64,000 nt of DNA, from contig DASQGZ010000010.1 of NCBI GenBank assembly GCA_035632315.1, positions 45,524 to 109,523 of the forward strand. Direction: 5' to 3'. The DNA is from Candidatus Kapaibacterium sp. GTDB lineage: Bacteria; Bacteroidota; Ignavibacteria; Palsa-1295. A program made the translations under genes and the position numbers. Below, one piece after another: positions 8,839-19,836 of the stretch (its first letter is position 1; each line of letters opens with the position of its first letter). The notes below the pieces were generated by a model that saw only the letters and a list, made by a program, of their open reading frames with translations, ran no database searches and was not told the origin of the DNA.

Positions 8839-9690
8839 ATGAAGAGTGTTGTTCTCGCTTTCTGTGTTTTGTGTGTAGCGTGCTCGGCGTTCGCTCAGTC
8901 CGCCGATTATCAATTCCTGCAGCTTATCAATCATATCGATAAGAACTCGCAGTTTATGAATCTAAACTATCCGTCGAAGCCTGCCGGACAAAATTCTCCG
9001 TCGTCGTTCAGTATGACATACGACCAAACGTCGATCAATATGATCCCGGGACAAACGGTTATTATCACCGGCCATCTCAAGAACAAAACGACTTCGAATA
9101 TCCCGTTAAAATTTTACCGGACGCATTTACATCTGCCCGATTCGTGGACATCGAGCATTTGTTTTGGCACAAATTGTTTTGCACCACGAACCGACAGCTT
9201 TGCGGTGGGGAGCGGCTACACGCTTCCGGCAGGAGGCTCTGACGATTTTACGCTGCACTTGTATTGCCCAAACAATGTCTCGACGACCGATTCGGTATAT
9301 GATTATATAAAATTCATTGCCGAAAGCGGCGACCCTTCGGATACATTAGGCACCTTCTTCACCGGATATTTTATGACCGATGCCGTCGATCAGGGGAATG
9401 CCGCCACGACCGGCCAGCCGAAACTTGTTTCGATCTATCCGTCTCCGCTGTTAATGGGCAATTCCATACACGCACGAATCTCATCGCCGCGCGAGATCAA
9501 TTTTTCGTATGATATCTACGACGCACTCGGGCGTGACGTCGGTTTTGGCGTTAGCCACCAGCATTTGCTTCAGGGCGATAACATTTTAGAAGTAACAGAA
9601 TTGACCGGACTGCCGAACGGCGCATATACACTTAAATTTTCTTTCGGGGACGGCTCGATGGATAGCCGGCTGTTCCAGATTATGCGATAA
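8839..9690 (+). CDS. secreted hypothetical protein with T9SS C-terminal sorting domain
   Basis: Signal peptide. C-terminal ~80 aa 'KLVSIYPSP...GAYTLKFSFGDGSMDSRLFQIMR' resembles the Por secretion tail (TIGR04183-like). Confidence 0.6.
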   Translation: MKSVVLAFCVLCVACSAFAQSADYQFLQLINHIDKNSQFMNLNYPSKPAGQNSPSSFSMTYDQTSINMIPGQTVIITGHLKNKTTSNIPLKFYRTHLHLPDSWTSSICFGTNCFAPRTDSFAVGSGYTLPAGGSDDFTLHLYCPNNVSTTDSVYDYIKFIAESGDPSDTLGTFFTGYFMTDAVDQGNAATTGQPKLVSIYPSPLLMGNSIHARISSPREINFSYDIYDALGRDVGFGVSHQHLLQGDNILEVTELTGLPNGAYTLKFSFGDGSMDSRLFQIMR

Positions 9691-9694
9691 GTGT

Positions 9695-9826
9695 TTAGAG
9701 TGTCATTCTGAACGCAGGTCGCGTGAGCGACCGCAGTGAAGAATCCCGTGACGTCTTGCAGAATCGTCAAGACATCACGGGATTCTTCGTTTCACTCAGA
9801 ATGGCAGGAAAATTATTTATCCTGCC
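9695..9826. terminator. long imperfect palindrome / nested hairpins between convergent genes (candidate bidirectional terminator or MITE-like element)
   Basis: About 110 bp imperfect palindrome spanning about 9700..9808, with an ~18 bp stem GAATCCCGTGACGTCTTG / CAAGACATCACGGGATTC (perfect apart from one C/T position), plus GGTCGCGTGAGCGACC and GGCAGGA..TCCTGCC hairpins. No clean T-tract. Confidence 0.45.
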
Positions 9827-10466
9827 GACTCGGGCACCACTCGGCAATTTTACATTCGCTGCATTTCGGCCTGCGGGCAACACAGATAGCTCTTCCGTGT
9901 GAGATAAGATAATGTGTGGTCATCGTCCATTCTTTTTTCGGAGCAAGCTGCATTAAGTCTTGCTCGATCTTTTCCGGCTCGGTATGCGAGGTCAGTTTCA
10001 ATAGTCCCGCAATCCGGGTGACGTGTGTATCGACAGCGATGCCTTCGCTGATCCCAAACGCATTGCCGAGCACGACGTTTGCGGTCTTGCGTCCGACGCC
10101 GCGTAGAGTCGTTAGTTCTTCCATCGTTCGTGGAACGTTGCCGCCGAATTTTTCAACAATGTCCGTCGCCATTGACTTGAGCGACTTTGCTTTCTGATGA
10201 AAAAATCCGGTCGAGCGAATGACGGATTCGATGTCTTCGAGTTCTGCTTTTGCGACGGACTCAGCAGTGGGAAAGCGCACGTGAAAATCTTTCATCACGA
10301 TATTCACGCGTGCATCGGTGCATTGTGCGGAAAGGATCGTCGCGGCAAGCAGTTCGAACGCACTCGTAAAATCGAGCGCGCAATGGGCATTCGGATAAAT
10401 TTGCTTCAGCTTCGCAAAGATCTTTTTCGCGCGAGCTTTCTTTGCTTCAAGAGATTCTTTGGGCAT
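9813..10466 (-). CDS. nth: endonuclease III (DNA-(apurinic or apyrimidinic site) lyase)
   Basis: HhH-GPD fold motifs (LPGVGRKTANVVL) and C-terminal CxxxxxxCxxCxxxxxC 4Fe-4S cluster loop. Start trimmed to an internal Met to limit overlap with the downstream gene. Confidence 0.9.
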   Translation of the reverse strand: MPKESLEAKKARAKKIFAKLKQIYPNAHCALDFTSAFELLAATILSAQCTDARVNIVMKDFHVRFPTAESVAKAELEDIESVIRSTGFFHQKAKSLKSMATDIVEKFGGNVPRTMEELTTLRGVGRKTANVVLGNAFGISEGIAVDTHVTRIAGLLKLTSHTEPEKIEQDLMQLAPKKEWTMTTHYLISHGRAICVARRPKCSECKIAEWCPSRQDK

Positions 10467-11136
10467 TCCTGAATTTATATATACCCTCAACACCGTCTTT
10501 CATCGCGATATTGCAGAGGGAATCGTCTTCGGTGCGAATATAACGATACGTTGGAATATCTGTTTTCTTGATGAACGCGCTGGCATCCTCGGCACGGGAG
10601 AAAAAATCGATATCGTCGCCGTAGGTGATATTACCGAACCCTCCGATCCGTTTCCAAAGATCGCGGCGAATGACGAACGTCCCGCCGATCGCACACTCAG
10701 ATAGATGGACGCGCTTCGACGTATCGAATTTATCGGCAACAAATTCATCGCCAACGATTTCTACGCCGCCATGCAGCAGTTCGATCGCAGGGTTATGAGA
10801 TAAAATGTTGTAACGTGACTCCAGATGATTCGGCAAATACTCATCATCAGAATCGAGAAAGGTGAAATATCTTCCGTGCGACAATGAGCAACCGAGGTCG
10901 CGGGCTTTTGAGGTACCTTGATTTACCGAATAGTGATATGTTATGCGAGGATCAGATTCGAGGAGATCGCTTATTGCAGAGAATGTATCATCGGTCGAGC
11001 CATCGTCAATGATGATGTATTCCCAATCGTCAAATGTTTGCGAACGCATGCTCATGATGGCACGACGGATGGTTCTGGCACGATTGAATGTCGGAGTGAT
11101 GACACTGAAGAATGAGCTTTCAGATGACCCGCTCAT
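10447..11136 (-). CDS. family 2 glycosyltransferase
   Basis: 'FSVITPTFNRARTIRRAIMSMRSQTFDDWEYIIIDDGSTDDT' is the canonical GT2 N-terminus with DxD. Confidence 0.85.
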   Translation of the reverse strand: MSGSSESSFFSVITPTFNRARTIRRAIMSMRSQTFDDWEYIIIDDGSTDDTFSAISDLLESDPRITYHYSVNQGTSKARDLGCSLSHGRYFTFLDSDDEYLPNHLESRYNILSHNPAIELLHGGVEIVGDEFVADKFDTSKRVHLSECAIGGTFVIRRDLWKRIGGFGNITYGDDIDFFSRAEDASAFIKKTDIPTYRYIRTEDDSLCNIAMKDGVEGIYKFRNAQRIS

Positions 11137-12676
11137 ATTGCTTCAGATCTATTTTCCATACTTTCACGCCGCAATAGCGTGTGCCTTCCGGGCAGACCGG
11201 ACGCACACCAGCCATATCGCGCAGTGAGCACGGTGGCAGCAGATATTTTCCGATGCGCGGATGTACCGTTCGGATCTGATCGGCTTCGTCAACCGATGCG
11301 CGCCAAATTTCTTCTTGCGCATTATAGCATAAGCGCATCGCGTGTTTGTGGTGCAATGAAAGCAGATCGGCAGACTCGGTAAACCTGACAGCTGTTGCAT
11401 TAGGCAAGATATACTCTGTAAATTCTTGCGGCACACCAAGCTCTCTTAATCTCGCATAACTTTGCCACGAACGTTCGATAGATTTGCGATAGAGATCCTG
11501 CGTTTCGGCATTCGCGTATTCGACAACCAACGGAGTGATGAAATCCGGCGTATCGTCGGATAATTGCATGTGCAGTACCGGCCGCGATGCCGGAGTCATC
11601 CGGTGGCGTTGGTCTTGCGAATCGGCGGCGTGAGAAATTCTTTTTCTGAATGTATAATGTACGTTGTGCATCGCACGCGAAATTTTTGATTGTGTTGTCA
11701 GCACCATCGTTTCGCCGAGTATCGTATTTTGCGACGGGTCGAGCGCAAAGCGGATCGCCGCTTCGTCATCCATCATATTCATTGGCATTCCGAGCACTTC
11801 ACGTACACTCGATGCAAGTGTTGCTTCGGCGTTGACTTTATAGTCGCAAAGTTGAGAAAATTTTCCGTCGAGTTCCACATCGAACTCGCGGCGAAATTCT
11901 CTTGCGTCGTGAGACGAACGTCCTGCCGCAATGAATTCCGCTTCCGGAAATTCATCGGTCGAGAGCGGCTCTTCCAAGATCACGCGATAATTCGGGTCAT
12001 GCCGAAGCAGTTCGTCCACCATTGCCTGTACGAGTGCGAACGTCTCGGTCGGCGTCTCTGCCATTTTTGCGAGCCGGTAGTAGCGAAGCAGCGTAATGCC
12101 GCTCACGGTATGATACAAATAAGCAGTCGTTGAGACCGGCAGAACATATCGTGCAACTTCCTGTGCTTTTTTCTTGATCTCTTTATCGTAATCGGCGCTT
12201 TTATTTTTGCGATGCGGGAAACGATTAAAATATGCTTCGGCGACTGCGGGGGTCAGCAACCCTATTAGTTGATAATATTCTTCAACGAGACGGATCATCT
12301 CGGCTTCGTAGAGCGATTGCGCCGTATCGTTTTGAAAATTCGGAATGAGATAACTGCCTTTTTTTACCTCGACGTACCGCTGGCTCACCTGTTCGGAATT
12401 ATAAAATGGATGCGAGTGCAGGAAGCTCCAGATCGCATGGCGCGAAACGCCTTCGATCGCAAATTGAAAATGCGCGTGCTGCAGTGTCGTGTGATGTCCT
12501 GCTTCATAGATGCTTTGCGCGAGCGGCGTATGCTTTTCGAGCGAGACCGATTCCGTCTCGATGATGCCTTTCGACGAATAGCAGGTGCGTGCCGTAGCAA
12601 TGACATTCTTGAACGGTTCGGCAAACGCATTGACGAGCCGTACACGAAGCGGAGAATTTAGAAAGGTGTTGGTCAC
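11120..12676 (-). CDS. ThyX-like (Thy1 family) tandem-domain protein, possible FAD-dependent thymidylate synthase with diverged first-repeat motif
   Basis: 518 aa. Residues ~60-110 'TTLQHAHFQFAIEGVSRHAIWSFLHSHPFYNSEQVSQRY' align with the ThyX block '[37 protein letters not shown]', but RHR is replaced by HSH. The C-terminal half has the ThyX-like '..NAQEEIW' segment and a 'QRHRMTPAS' stretch. Confidence 0.5.
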   Translation of the reverse strand: MTNTFLNSPLRVRLVNAFAEPFKNVIATARTCYSSKGIIETESVSLEKHTPLAQSIYEAGHHTTLQHAHFQFAIEGVSRHAIWSFLHSHPFYNSEQVSQRYVEVKKGSYLIPNFQNDTAQSLYEAEMIRLVEEYYQLIGLLTPAVAEAYFNRFPHRKNKSADYDKEIKKKAQEVARYVLPVSTTAYLYHTVSGITLLRYYRLAKMAETPTETFALVQAMVDELLRHDPNYRVILEEPLSTDEFPEAEFIAAGRSSHDAREFRREFDVELDGKFSQLCDYKVNAEATLASSVREVLGMPMNMMDDEAAIRFALDPSQNTILGETMVLTTQSKISRAMHNVHYTFRKRISHAADSQDQRHRMTPASRPVLHMQLSDDTPDFITPLVVEYANAETQDLYRKSIERSWQSYARLRELGVPQEFTEYILPNATAVRFTESADLLSLHHKHAMRLCYNAQEEIWRASVDEADQIRTVHPRIGKYLLPPCSLRDMAGVRPVCPEGTRYCGVKVWKIDLKQYERVI

Positions 12677-12804
12677 TTGGTATCGTATAACACAAATTAT
12701 TGCAATTTCCTCTTAGTAAAAAGCATCCTCAACCAAACAATATGCGTTGCTGTTGAAATACAAGGCGTAATGTAAACTATTTGTTCACGCAAAATATGTA
12801 CCGT

Positions 12805-13926
12805 ATGAAACAGTTCGTTCTCGGCTGCTGTATGTTGGTGACGCTTCTTTCCGGATGTGTTCAGGTTCAAAGAGAACAGCCGGATCAAATTGAAGAGCCG
12901 ACCTATCAGGTTTTTTACGATCAACTTTCTCCGTACGGACGATGGGTCTCAAACCCGACGTTTGGGTACATCTGGGTTCCGGCAGAAGATATGAACACAT
13001 TTATGCCATACGGAAGTAACGGTTATTGGGAATGGACACAGTACGGGTGGACGTGGGTCTCGAATTATCCGTGGGGTTGGGCGCCGTTTCATTACGGACG
13101 CTGGAATTTTGATCCGGGCTTCGGGTGGTACTGGATTCCTGACGGCGTCTGGGGACCGGCGTGGGTGAGCTGGTGCGAGTCGCCGGGTTATTACGGTTGG
13201 GCGCCGATGGGACCGGGTGTGACGATCAGTTATATTTCCGGTGGAGGATACGATCCGCCCGATTCCTGGTGGACGTTCTGCGACGATAGACATTTCGGCG
13301 ACCGCGATCTCCATAATTATTATCAGTCGAGAGGCAGCAACAGACGGATCAGAGGTGAATCTCGCGGGATCAATAATACGCAGAATGACAAGTCGCGCGG
13401 AGCGGTCTATCTTTCCGGTCCGGATAAAGATGAGGTCGGTAAATTTACGGGTGTGCCGGTTCAAAGAATTCCGATCACTGACCGGCAAACGCCTGGACAA
13501 TTTGCGGACGATCACGAAGTCAGCGTATATCGTCCGATCATTGTCTCTTCGACACCATTCAATGTGAAACCTGCACCGAGAGCAATTTATAATGGCAATA
13601 CACTCCCTTCGGGAGCATCGGGTTCGCATACAACCTCACCGAATTCGACAGCGCCGATCGGCGTATCGCCCGATCGCAGACTTCAGCAGTCAACGCAACC
13701 AACACAACCAGCTCAGACACAACAGTCACGACAATATCAGTATCGTGGTACAGACGGAGGATCAAGCGAGCGATCGAATACTCCTGTTCAAACGCAGCGC
13801 CCGAGTACAAATACATATCGACCGCCTGCTCAAGCACCTGAGCACTCAGCTCCAGCACCGAGAAATTACTCCCCGCCGCCACAACAGCGCGAAGCTGCGC
13901 CAAAACAATCTGCACCGAAACAGTAG
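12805..13926 (+). CDS. lipoprotein with Trp-rich repeats and Pro/Gln/Ser-rich disordered tail
   Basis: Lipobox LLSGC. Repeated 'YGRWVSNPTFGYIWVP', 'WTWVSNYPWGWAPFHYGRW', 'GWYWIPDGVWGPAWVSW' units. The C-terminal 130 aa are low complexity (QPTQPAQTQQ..PPAQAPEHSAPAP). Confidence 0.55.
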   Translation: MKQFVLGCCMLVTLLSGCVQVQREQPDQIEEPTYQVFYDQLSPYGRWVSNPTFGYIWVPAEDMNTFMPYGSNGYWEWTQYGWTWVSNYPWGWAPFHYGRWNFDPGFGWYWIPDGVWGPAWVSWCESPGYYGWAPMGPGVTISYISGGGYDPPDSWWTFCDDRHFGDRDLHNYYQSRGSNRRIRGESRGINNTQNDKSRGAVYLSGPDKDEVGKFTGVPVQRIPITDRQTPGQFADDHEVSVYRPIIVSSTPFNVKPAPRAIYNGNTLPSGASGSHTTSPNSTAPIGVSPDRRLQQSTQPTQPAQTQQSRQYQYRGTDGGSSERSNTPVQTQRPSTNTYRPPAQAPEHSAPAPRNYSPPPQQREAAPKQSAPKQ

Positions 13927-13989
13927 CGTATCGAGTGTGAGTACGAAGATCGTTCGTAAATTTGCAGATTATTGTTTCATCGGTATTTC

Positions 13990-15804
13990 ATGAAGAAATT
14001 TTTCGCCGCTCTTTTTTTCCTCAGTGTCATTTTCGGATCGCGCGTGTTCGCCCAGCGAACAGATCCGCTTTTCGGAACGCCGGCATCATCTCCGCTCGTA
14101 CAGCCTTACTTCAATCTTGATTTCGAGCGTGAGGGGACGCTCAAGCCGTGGCAGATAATGTTGACGGGGTATAATTACGATCTCGAACAGGAAAACTTTT
14201 CTCACGGCAAGCAAGCGTTAAAGATCTCCTTCCCATATTCCGACGATCGTTACGATCCGCGCAATGGGGGAACGGCTTATCAGATCATCCCGATCGGAGT
14301 TGTCGGCGTAGCAAAATGGAAACTCGACGTCAGCATTGATATTAAATGCGAAGCGATCACACGCGGCGCAATGAATTTTTTTGCGGCGGTGCAGCACGAT
14401 TCCACTTCTGGGATCGAGCATAAGAGCCTGATCGCAGATACCATTCGCGGCACTGCCCCTTGGAAAACATACACACTCAGTTTTGATTGCGATACGAATG
14501 TAAAATTTTTGCAGCTTGCTTGTATGCTCGGCGGGACAGGGAAAGCGTATTTTGATAATATCCAAATAAAAGTTAATGGCCAGTCCCTGCCGCAATCACC
14601 GCTGCCGATCTTGCCATCGGTAACGAAAGCGGAAATGGCTTTGGTCGCGTCGAAACTTATTCCGTTCGATGTGAATGGAACGACATCCGATCCGAATCTT
14701 GTGAAGCTCGATCCATTCATCGATGCGCACCGTGTCATCGGACTCGGTGAAGCGACGTATGGCACACACGAATTCGAGCAATCGAAGAGCCGGCTCATTC
14801 GTTATCTCGTCGAGAAAAAAGGATTCACACTCTTTGGGATAGAAGCGAACACTGCAGAGATGGACTATATCAATAGTTACCTCGCCGGCGGAAGCGGGAA
14901 CATCGACTCGCTGCTAAAGCCAATGTATTACTGGTGCTGGACCACCCAAGAAATAAGAGATCAGCTTGAATGGATTCGCAGCTATAATTTAGCGGGGCAT
15001 CATGTTCGTTTTTTTGGATTCGATATGCAAGTGCCGTATAAAGCCACCGAAGAGGTAACAAACTTCTCGAATGCGGCACACTTGCCGCACGGCGCCGATT
15101 GCATTTCGCTTGTACAAAAATTCGGCAACTTGCTTGAACGGCTCGAGACAGGAAGATCCGGCGCGCGCGATTCATTTACCGTGATTACCGGCGCGTTGTA
15201 TGAATCGCTTCGCAACGATGAGTCAAATGTTTCTTCGGCTGATAAACCGAAATACAAACGCATACTGATGTATGCAAATAATCTGCGCGAGTTTTCATCG
15301 CTTGTGCTTTCGAGGCAGAGAGGCGATGAAGTTCGCGATTCGTCGATGGCGGAAAATATCGCTGCTGAACTTGCCACCGACCCGACTGCGAAGTGCGCCC
15401 TCTGGTCGCATAATCTCCATATTGGCAAAGGCAATATGAATATGGGGTATTTTCTCGAAAAGAAATTAGGCGAGTCATATGGTGCGGTTGGCTTTGCGTT
15501 CGACCGCGGCACATTCAATGCGAGCGTGGACGAAACTCCGGTTGCGTGTACGGCAGTACCGAGTTATACCGGCACGTTCGAGAATTTCTGCAAACTCTTC
15601 AGCGCGTCGCCGTTCTTTCTCGATCTTCGAGGCAAAGCTGAATCTTCCGGACTCCCAAAATGCTTTTATTCCGAACTCGAACATCGCAACGTCGGCTTGA
15701 GCTTCTTCAAATTCTCATTCTGGGATAATTACGTCACGAGTCTCTACGACGCAATTATTTATATTCCCGAATCCACACCGACGAAGCTGCTGCCCATACG
15801 ATAA
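13990..15804 (+). CDS. secreted erythromycin-esterase-family (Ere-like) protein with N-terminal beta-sandwich (CBM-like) domain
   Basis: Signal peptide. The C-terminal half has 'RVIGLGEATYGTHEF', matching the Ere-family 'LGEATHGT.EF' signature. The N-terminal ~230 aa look like a galactose-binding-like or CBM beta-sandwich. Confidence 0.65.
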   Translation: MKKFFAALFFLSVIFGSRVFAQRTDPLFGTPASSPLVQPYFNLDFEREGTLKPWQIMLTGYNYDLEQENFSHGKQALKISFPYSDDRYDPRNGGTAYQIIPIGVVGVAKWKLDVSIDIKCEAITRGAMNFFAAVQHDSTSGIEHKSLIADTIRGTAPWKTYTLSFDCDTNVKFLQLACMLGGTGKAYFDNIQIKVNGQSLPQSPLPILPSVTKAEMALVASKLIPFDVNGTTSDPNLVKLDPFIDAHRVIGLGEATYGTHEFEQSKSRLIRYLVEKKGFTLFGIEANTAEMDYINSYLAGGSGNIDSLLKPMYYWCWTTQEIRDQLEWIRSYNLAGHHVRFFGFDMQVPYKATEEVTNFSNAAHLPHGADCISLVQKFGNLLERLETGRSGARDSFTVITGALYESLRNDESNVSSADKPKYKRILMYANNLREFSSLVLSRQRGDEVRDSSMAENIAAELATDPTAKCALWSHNLHIGKGNMNMGYFLEKKLGESYGAVGFAFDRGTFNASVDETPVACTAVPSYTGTFENFCKLFSASPFFLDLRGKAESSGLPKCFYSELEHRNVGLSFFKFSFWDNYVTSLYDAIIYIPESTPTKLLPIR

Positions 15805-15849
15805 TATCGTTTCATACAGGATACTATGAGCAAACCAAAATAACGTATT

Positions 15850-16245
15850 ATGAAAAAGCGAGATAGAATTATTTATTGGATTGCGACTCTCTGGCTTGCA
15901 TTAGGATTGGTGTCAACCGGGGTAGTGCAGCTCTTACATGGGAAAGAGGGACAGGGCGGAGCAGATATGATCGCTCATTTAGGCTACCCTGTCTATATCC
16001 TGACACTGCTTGGTGTTTGGAAAATATTGGGAGTGATCGCACTGCTGATTCCTAAATATCCATTAATAAAAGAATGGGCGTATGCAGGATTGTTTTTTGT
16101 GATGACCGGAGCAATATATTCACACATCGCATCGGGTGACCCTGCGACAGCAACACTTCCCGCGCTGCTGCTTCTTGTGCTCGCGGTGCTGTCGCGGTAT
16201 TTCAGGTCTGCAGATAGAAAAATTATTTCAGTTAGTAATAAATGA
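15850..16245 (+). CDS. DoxX-family membrane protein
   Basis: 131 aa with 3-4 TM helices and a DoxX-like pattern (..LLGVWKILGVIALLIPKYP..AYAGLFFVMTGAIYSH). Confidence 0.65.
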   Translation: MKKRDRIIYWIATLWLALGLVSTGVVQLLHGKEGQGGADMIAHLGYPVYILTLLGVWKILGVIALLIPKYPLIKEWAYAGLFFVMTGAIYSHIASGDPATATLPALLLLVLAVLSRYFRSADRKIISVSNK

Positions 16246-16829
16246 GCAAACCGAATCCCAACGTCGATTGGTATTTCCGTAAAGCCAAACAGTGGCAGAG
16301 CGAATTGGAGAAATTAAGAACGATCGTTCTCGACTGCGGCCTGACCGAAGAATTAAAGTGGGGCTGCCCGTGCTACACATCCGAGAAACATAACATTGTT
16401 TTGATACATGAATTTAATAAGTACTGTGCGCTGTTGTTTTTCAAAGGTGCATTATTAAAAGATTCGAAAGATATTCTGATCCAACAAACCAAGCATGTGC
16501 AGGCGGCGCGTCAGGCGCGTTTTACTTCTGTAAGCGAAATAAGGAAGATGGAATCCGCGTTGAAAGCCTATATCAAAGAGGCCATCAAAGTGGAAAAAGC
16601 AGGCTTGAAAGTAGAATTAAAAAAGACGTCGGAATTCGATATGCCCGAAGAATTCGAACACAAATTACACGAGGTTCCCGCCTTAAAAAAGGCTTTTTAT
16701 AAGCTTACGCCGGGTCGACAGCGGGGATATCTTCTCTATTTTTCTTCAGCCAAACAATCCAAAACCCGCGAGTCGAGAATAGAAAAATATTTGCCGCAAA
16801 TTTTGAATGGGAGGGGGTTGGAGGATTAA
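16242..16829 (+). CDS. YdeI/OmpD-associated (OmdA/DUF1801-like) family protein
   Basis: The C-terminal 'KKAFYKLTPGRQRGYLLYFSSAKQSKTRESRIEKYLPQI' is characteristic of the bacteriocin-protection YdeI/OmdA family. Start overlaps the upstream gene by 4 nt (ATGA). Confidence 0.6.
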   Translation: MSKPNPNVDWYFRKAKQWQSELEKLRTIVLDCGLTEELKWGCPCYTSEKHNIVLIHEFNKYCALLFFKGALLKDSKDILIQQTKHVQAARQARFTSVSEIRKMESALKAYIKEAIKVEKAGLKVELKKTSEFDMPEEFEHKLHEVPALKKAFYKLTPGRQRGYLLYFSSAKQSKTRESRIEKYLPQILNGRGLED

Positions 16830-17039
16830 AATTCGAGGGAGCCTCCTCCCACTTCAACATTGAACCCGCATTGCTTTTATATACATTCGAAAAAAATGAG
16901 AAACGGATTCCCAGAAGAATGCCGGTAATATTCTAACAAGGAAATAATATAGAATTTTCAAATAATTTTTTTTCTGTTGTCCTGTTTCGCTGGTCCCAAC
17001 CGTCATTAGTGTGCAATTCACATATAAATTGAAATACTT

Positions 17040-17522
17040 ATGGACAAAAGAATTAATTTTATTGAAAAAGGGTATAATGCGTTAAAGCCGATGTTTGCTT
17101 TGGGAGCATATCTTGCGAATTCGCCGATCGAGCAGGTGCTGCTCGATCTCATCGATTTCCGGGTATCGCAGATCAATGGCTGCGCCTACTGCCTTGATAT
17201 GCACTCGAAAGATCTCTGGGCTCGTGGCGAAACAGAGCAGCGGCTGTATGTTTTGGATGCGTGGCGTGAAGCGCCGTTCTACAGTGATCGCGAGCGCGCA
17301 GCGCTTGCCTGGGCAGAAGCGCTGACCATCATTCCGAATGGAGGCGTCACCGATGACATTTACGCCCAAGTGCGAGCGCAGTTTTCCGATGAAGAGATCA
17401 TTGATCTGACGATGAAAGTGCTTGGCATTAATATGTGGAACCGCCTCAACATTGCGTTTGGTAGCACTCCCGGAACGTACAAAGTAGGCGAGCACGCAAG
17501 ACACCTTCAATTGAAAAGTTAA
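17040..17522 (+). CDS. carboxymuconolactone decarboxylase family protein (AhpD-like alkylhydroperoxidase)
   Basis: 'QINGCAYCLDMHSKDL' CxxC-H AhpD-core motif; 160 aa. Confidence 0.85.
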   Translation: MDKRINFIEKGYNALKPMFALGAYLANSPIEQVLLDLIDFRVSQINGCAYCLDMHSKDLWARGETEQRLYVLDAWREAPFYSDRERAALAWAEALTIIPNGGVTDDIYAQVRAQFSDEEIIDLTMKVLGINMWNRLNIAFGSTPGTYKVGEHARHLQLKS

Positions 17523-17759
17523 AAAGGATATACCCATTTTCGAACAGAGCTGCCAGTTTAGTCTGCGTTGAGAGATTTCGCCTCTTCCCGTTGGCAGGGT
17601 AAAGCCCGCCCCCCAGCTGTCGTGTAGCCGCTGCTCACGGCATAGCTAAAAATCTAAAGAATTTTTGAAATTAGGGGAATAAATCGGAACTTGCAGTATT
17701 ACGGATTCGTTATATGCGTCCCGCGAACGAAAAGGCAACTTTTATCGAGCGGTAAACCG

Positions 17760-17800
17760 ATTGTTCATTGACAGAAGAGAAGTTTTAAAGTCAGCAGGAT
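17760..17800 (+). promoter_or_regulatory. candidate rRNA promoter region (weak call)
   Basis: TTGACA hexamer in 'GATTGTTCATTGACAGAAG' about 200 nt upstream of the 16S 5' end. The leader contains sequence complementary to the region flanking the 16S 3' end (processing-stem-like). Not verified. Confidence 0.2.
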
Positions 17801-17973
17801 GAGTACAAGGTAACTTGCGTAAAGTTGGTAGGAATATCGATTTTACTTGAGGAGTCTAACTCATCAAGCAGCAAGTTTCCGTGAATTTTTTAAGATTCAT
17901 TTTCTTGCATCAATCTATCCAGATTGATACAGGCATCAAGCGCTCAGCTTGATTATAGTTTTAAAACTATAAT

Positions 17974-19475
<1,502 letters not shown>

Positions 19476-19642
19476 TGCAAACGGCGAAAGCTGCGAGCGA
19501 AAGCTTACAGCTCAAACCAAAAACGTTTTTCTGATTGGTCTTCACGGACACATTAGTCAAACGGCACAAAATCATTTGTGAATCAAAAATTCACAGTATT
19601 GTCCTACTGACCTTCTCTCTGTCTTTGGATTGTTAATCCAAC

Positions 19643-19678
19643 TAATCCCGTCGCTCTGCGATGGGATTTTTTTTTGGT
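19643..19678 (+). terminator. rho-independent terminator downstream of 16S
   Basis: Stem ATCCCGTCGC / GCGATGGGAT (one mismatch), loop TCTG, then T9 run. Sits about 175 nt after the 16S 3' end. Confidence 0.7.
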
Positions 19679-19836
19679 CCCATTGCAAAAACTGTATTCG
19701 AAAGAATATGGGTTTTGGGCGTTTTGCTCGAAATTTATTTTATACTTTATACTATAATTATGAATAAAAATTAATTTGGAAAAATATTTTTCTGTTAGTA
19801 TCTTTGTGCCCGTTAACTCAAAACACTTTTAATACT

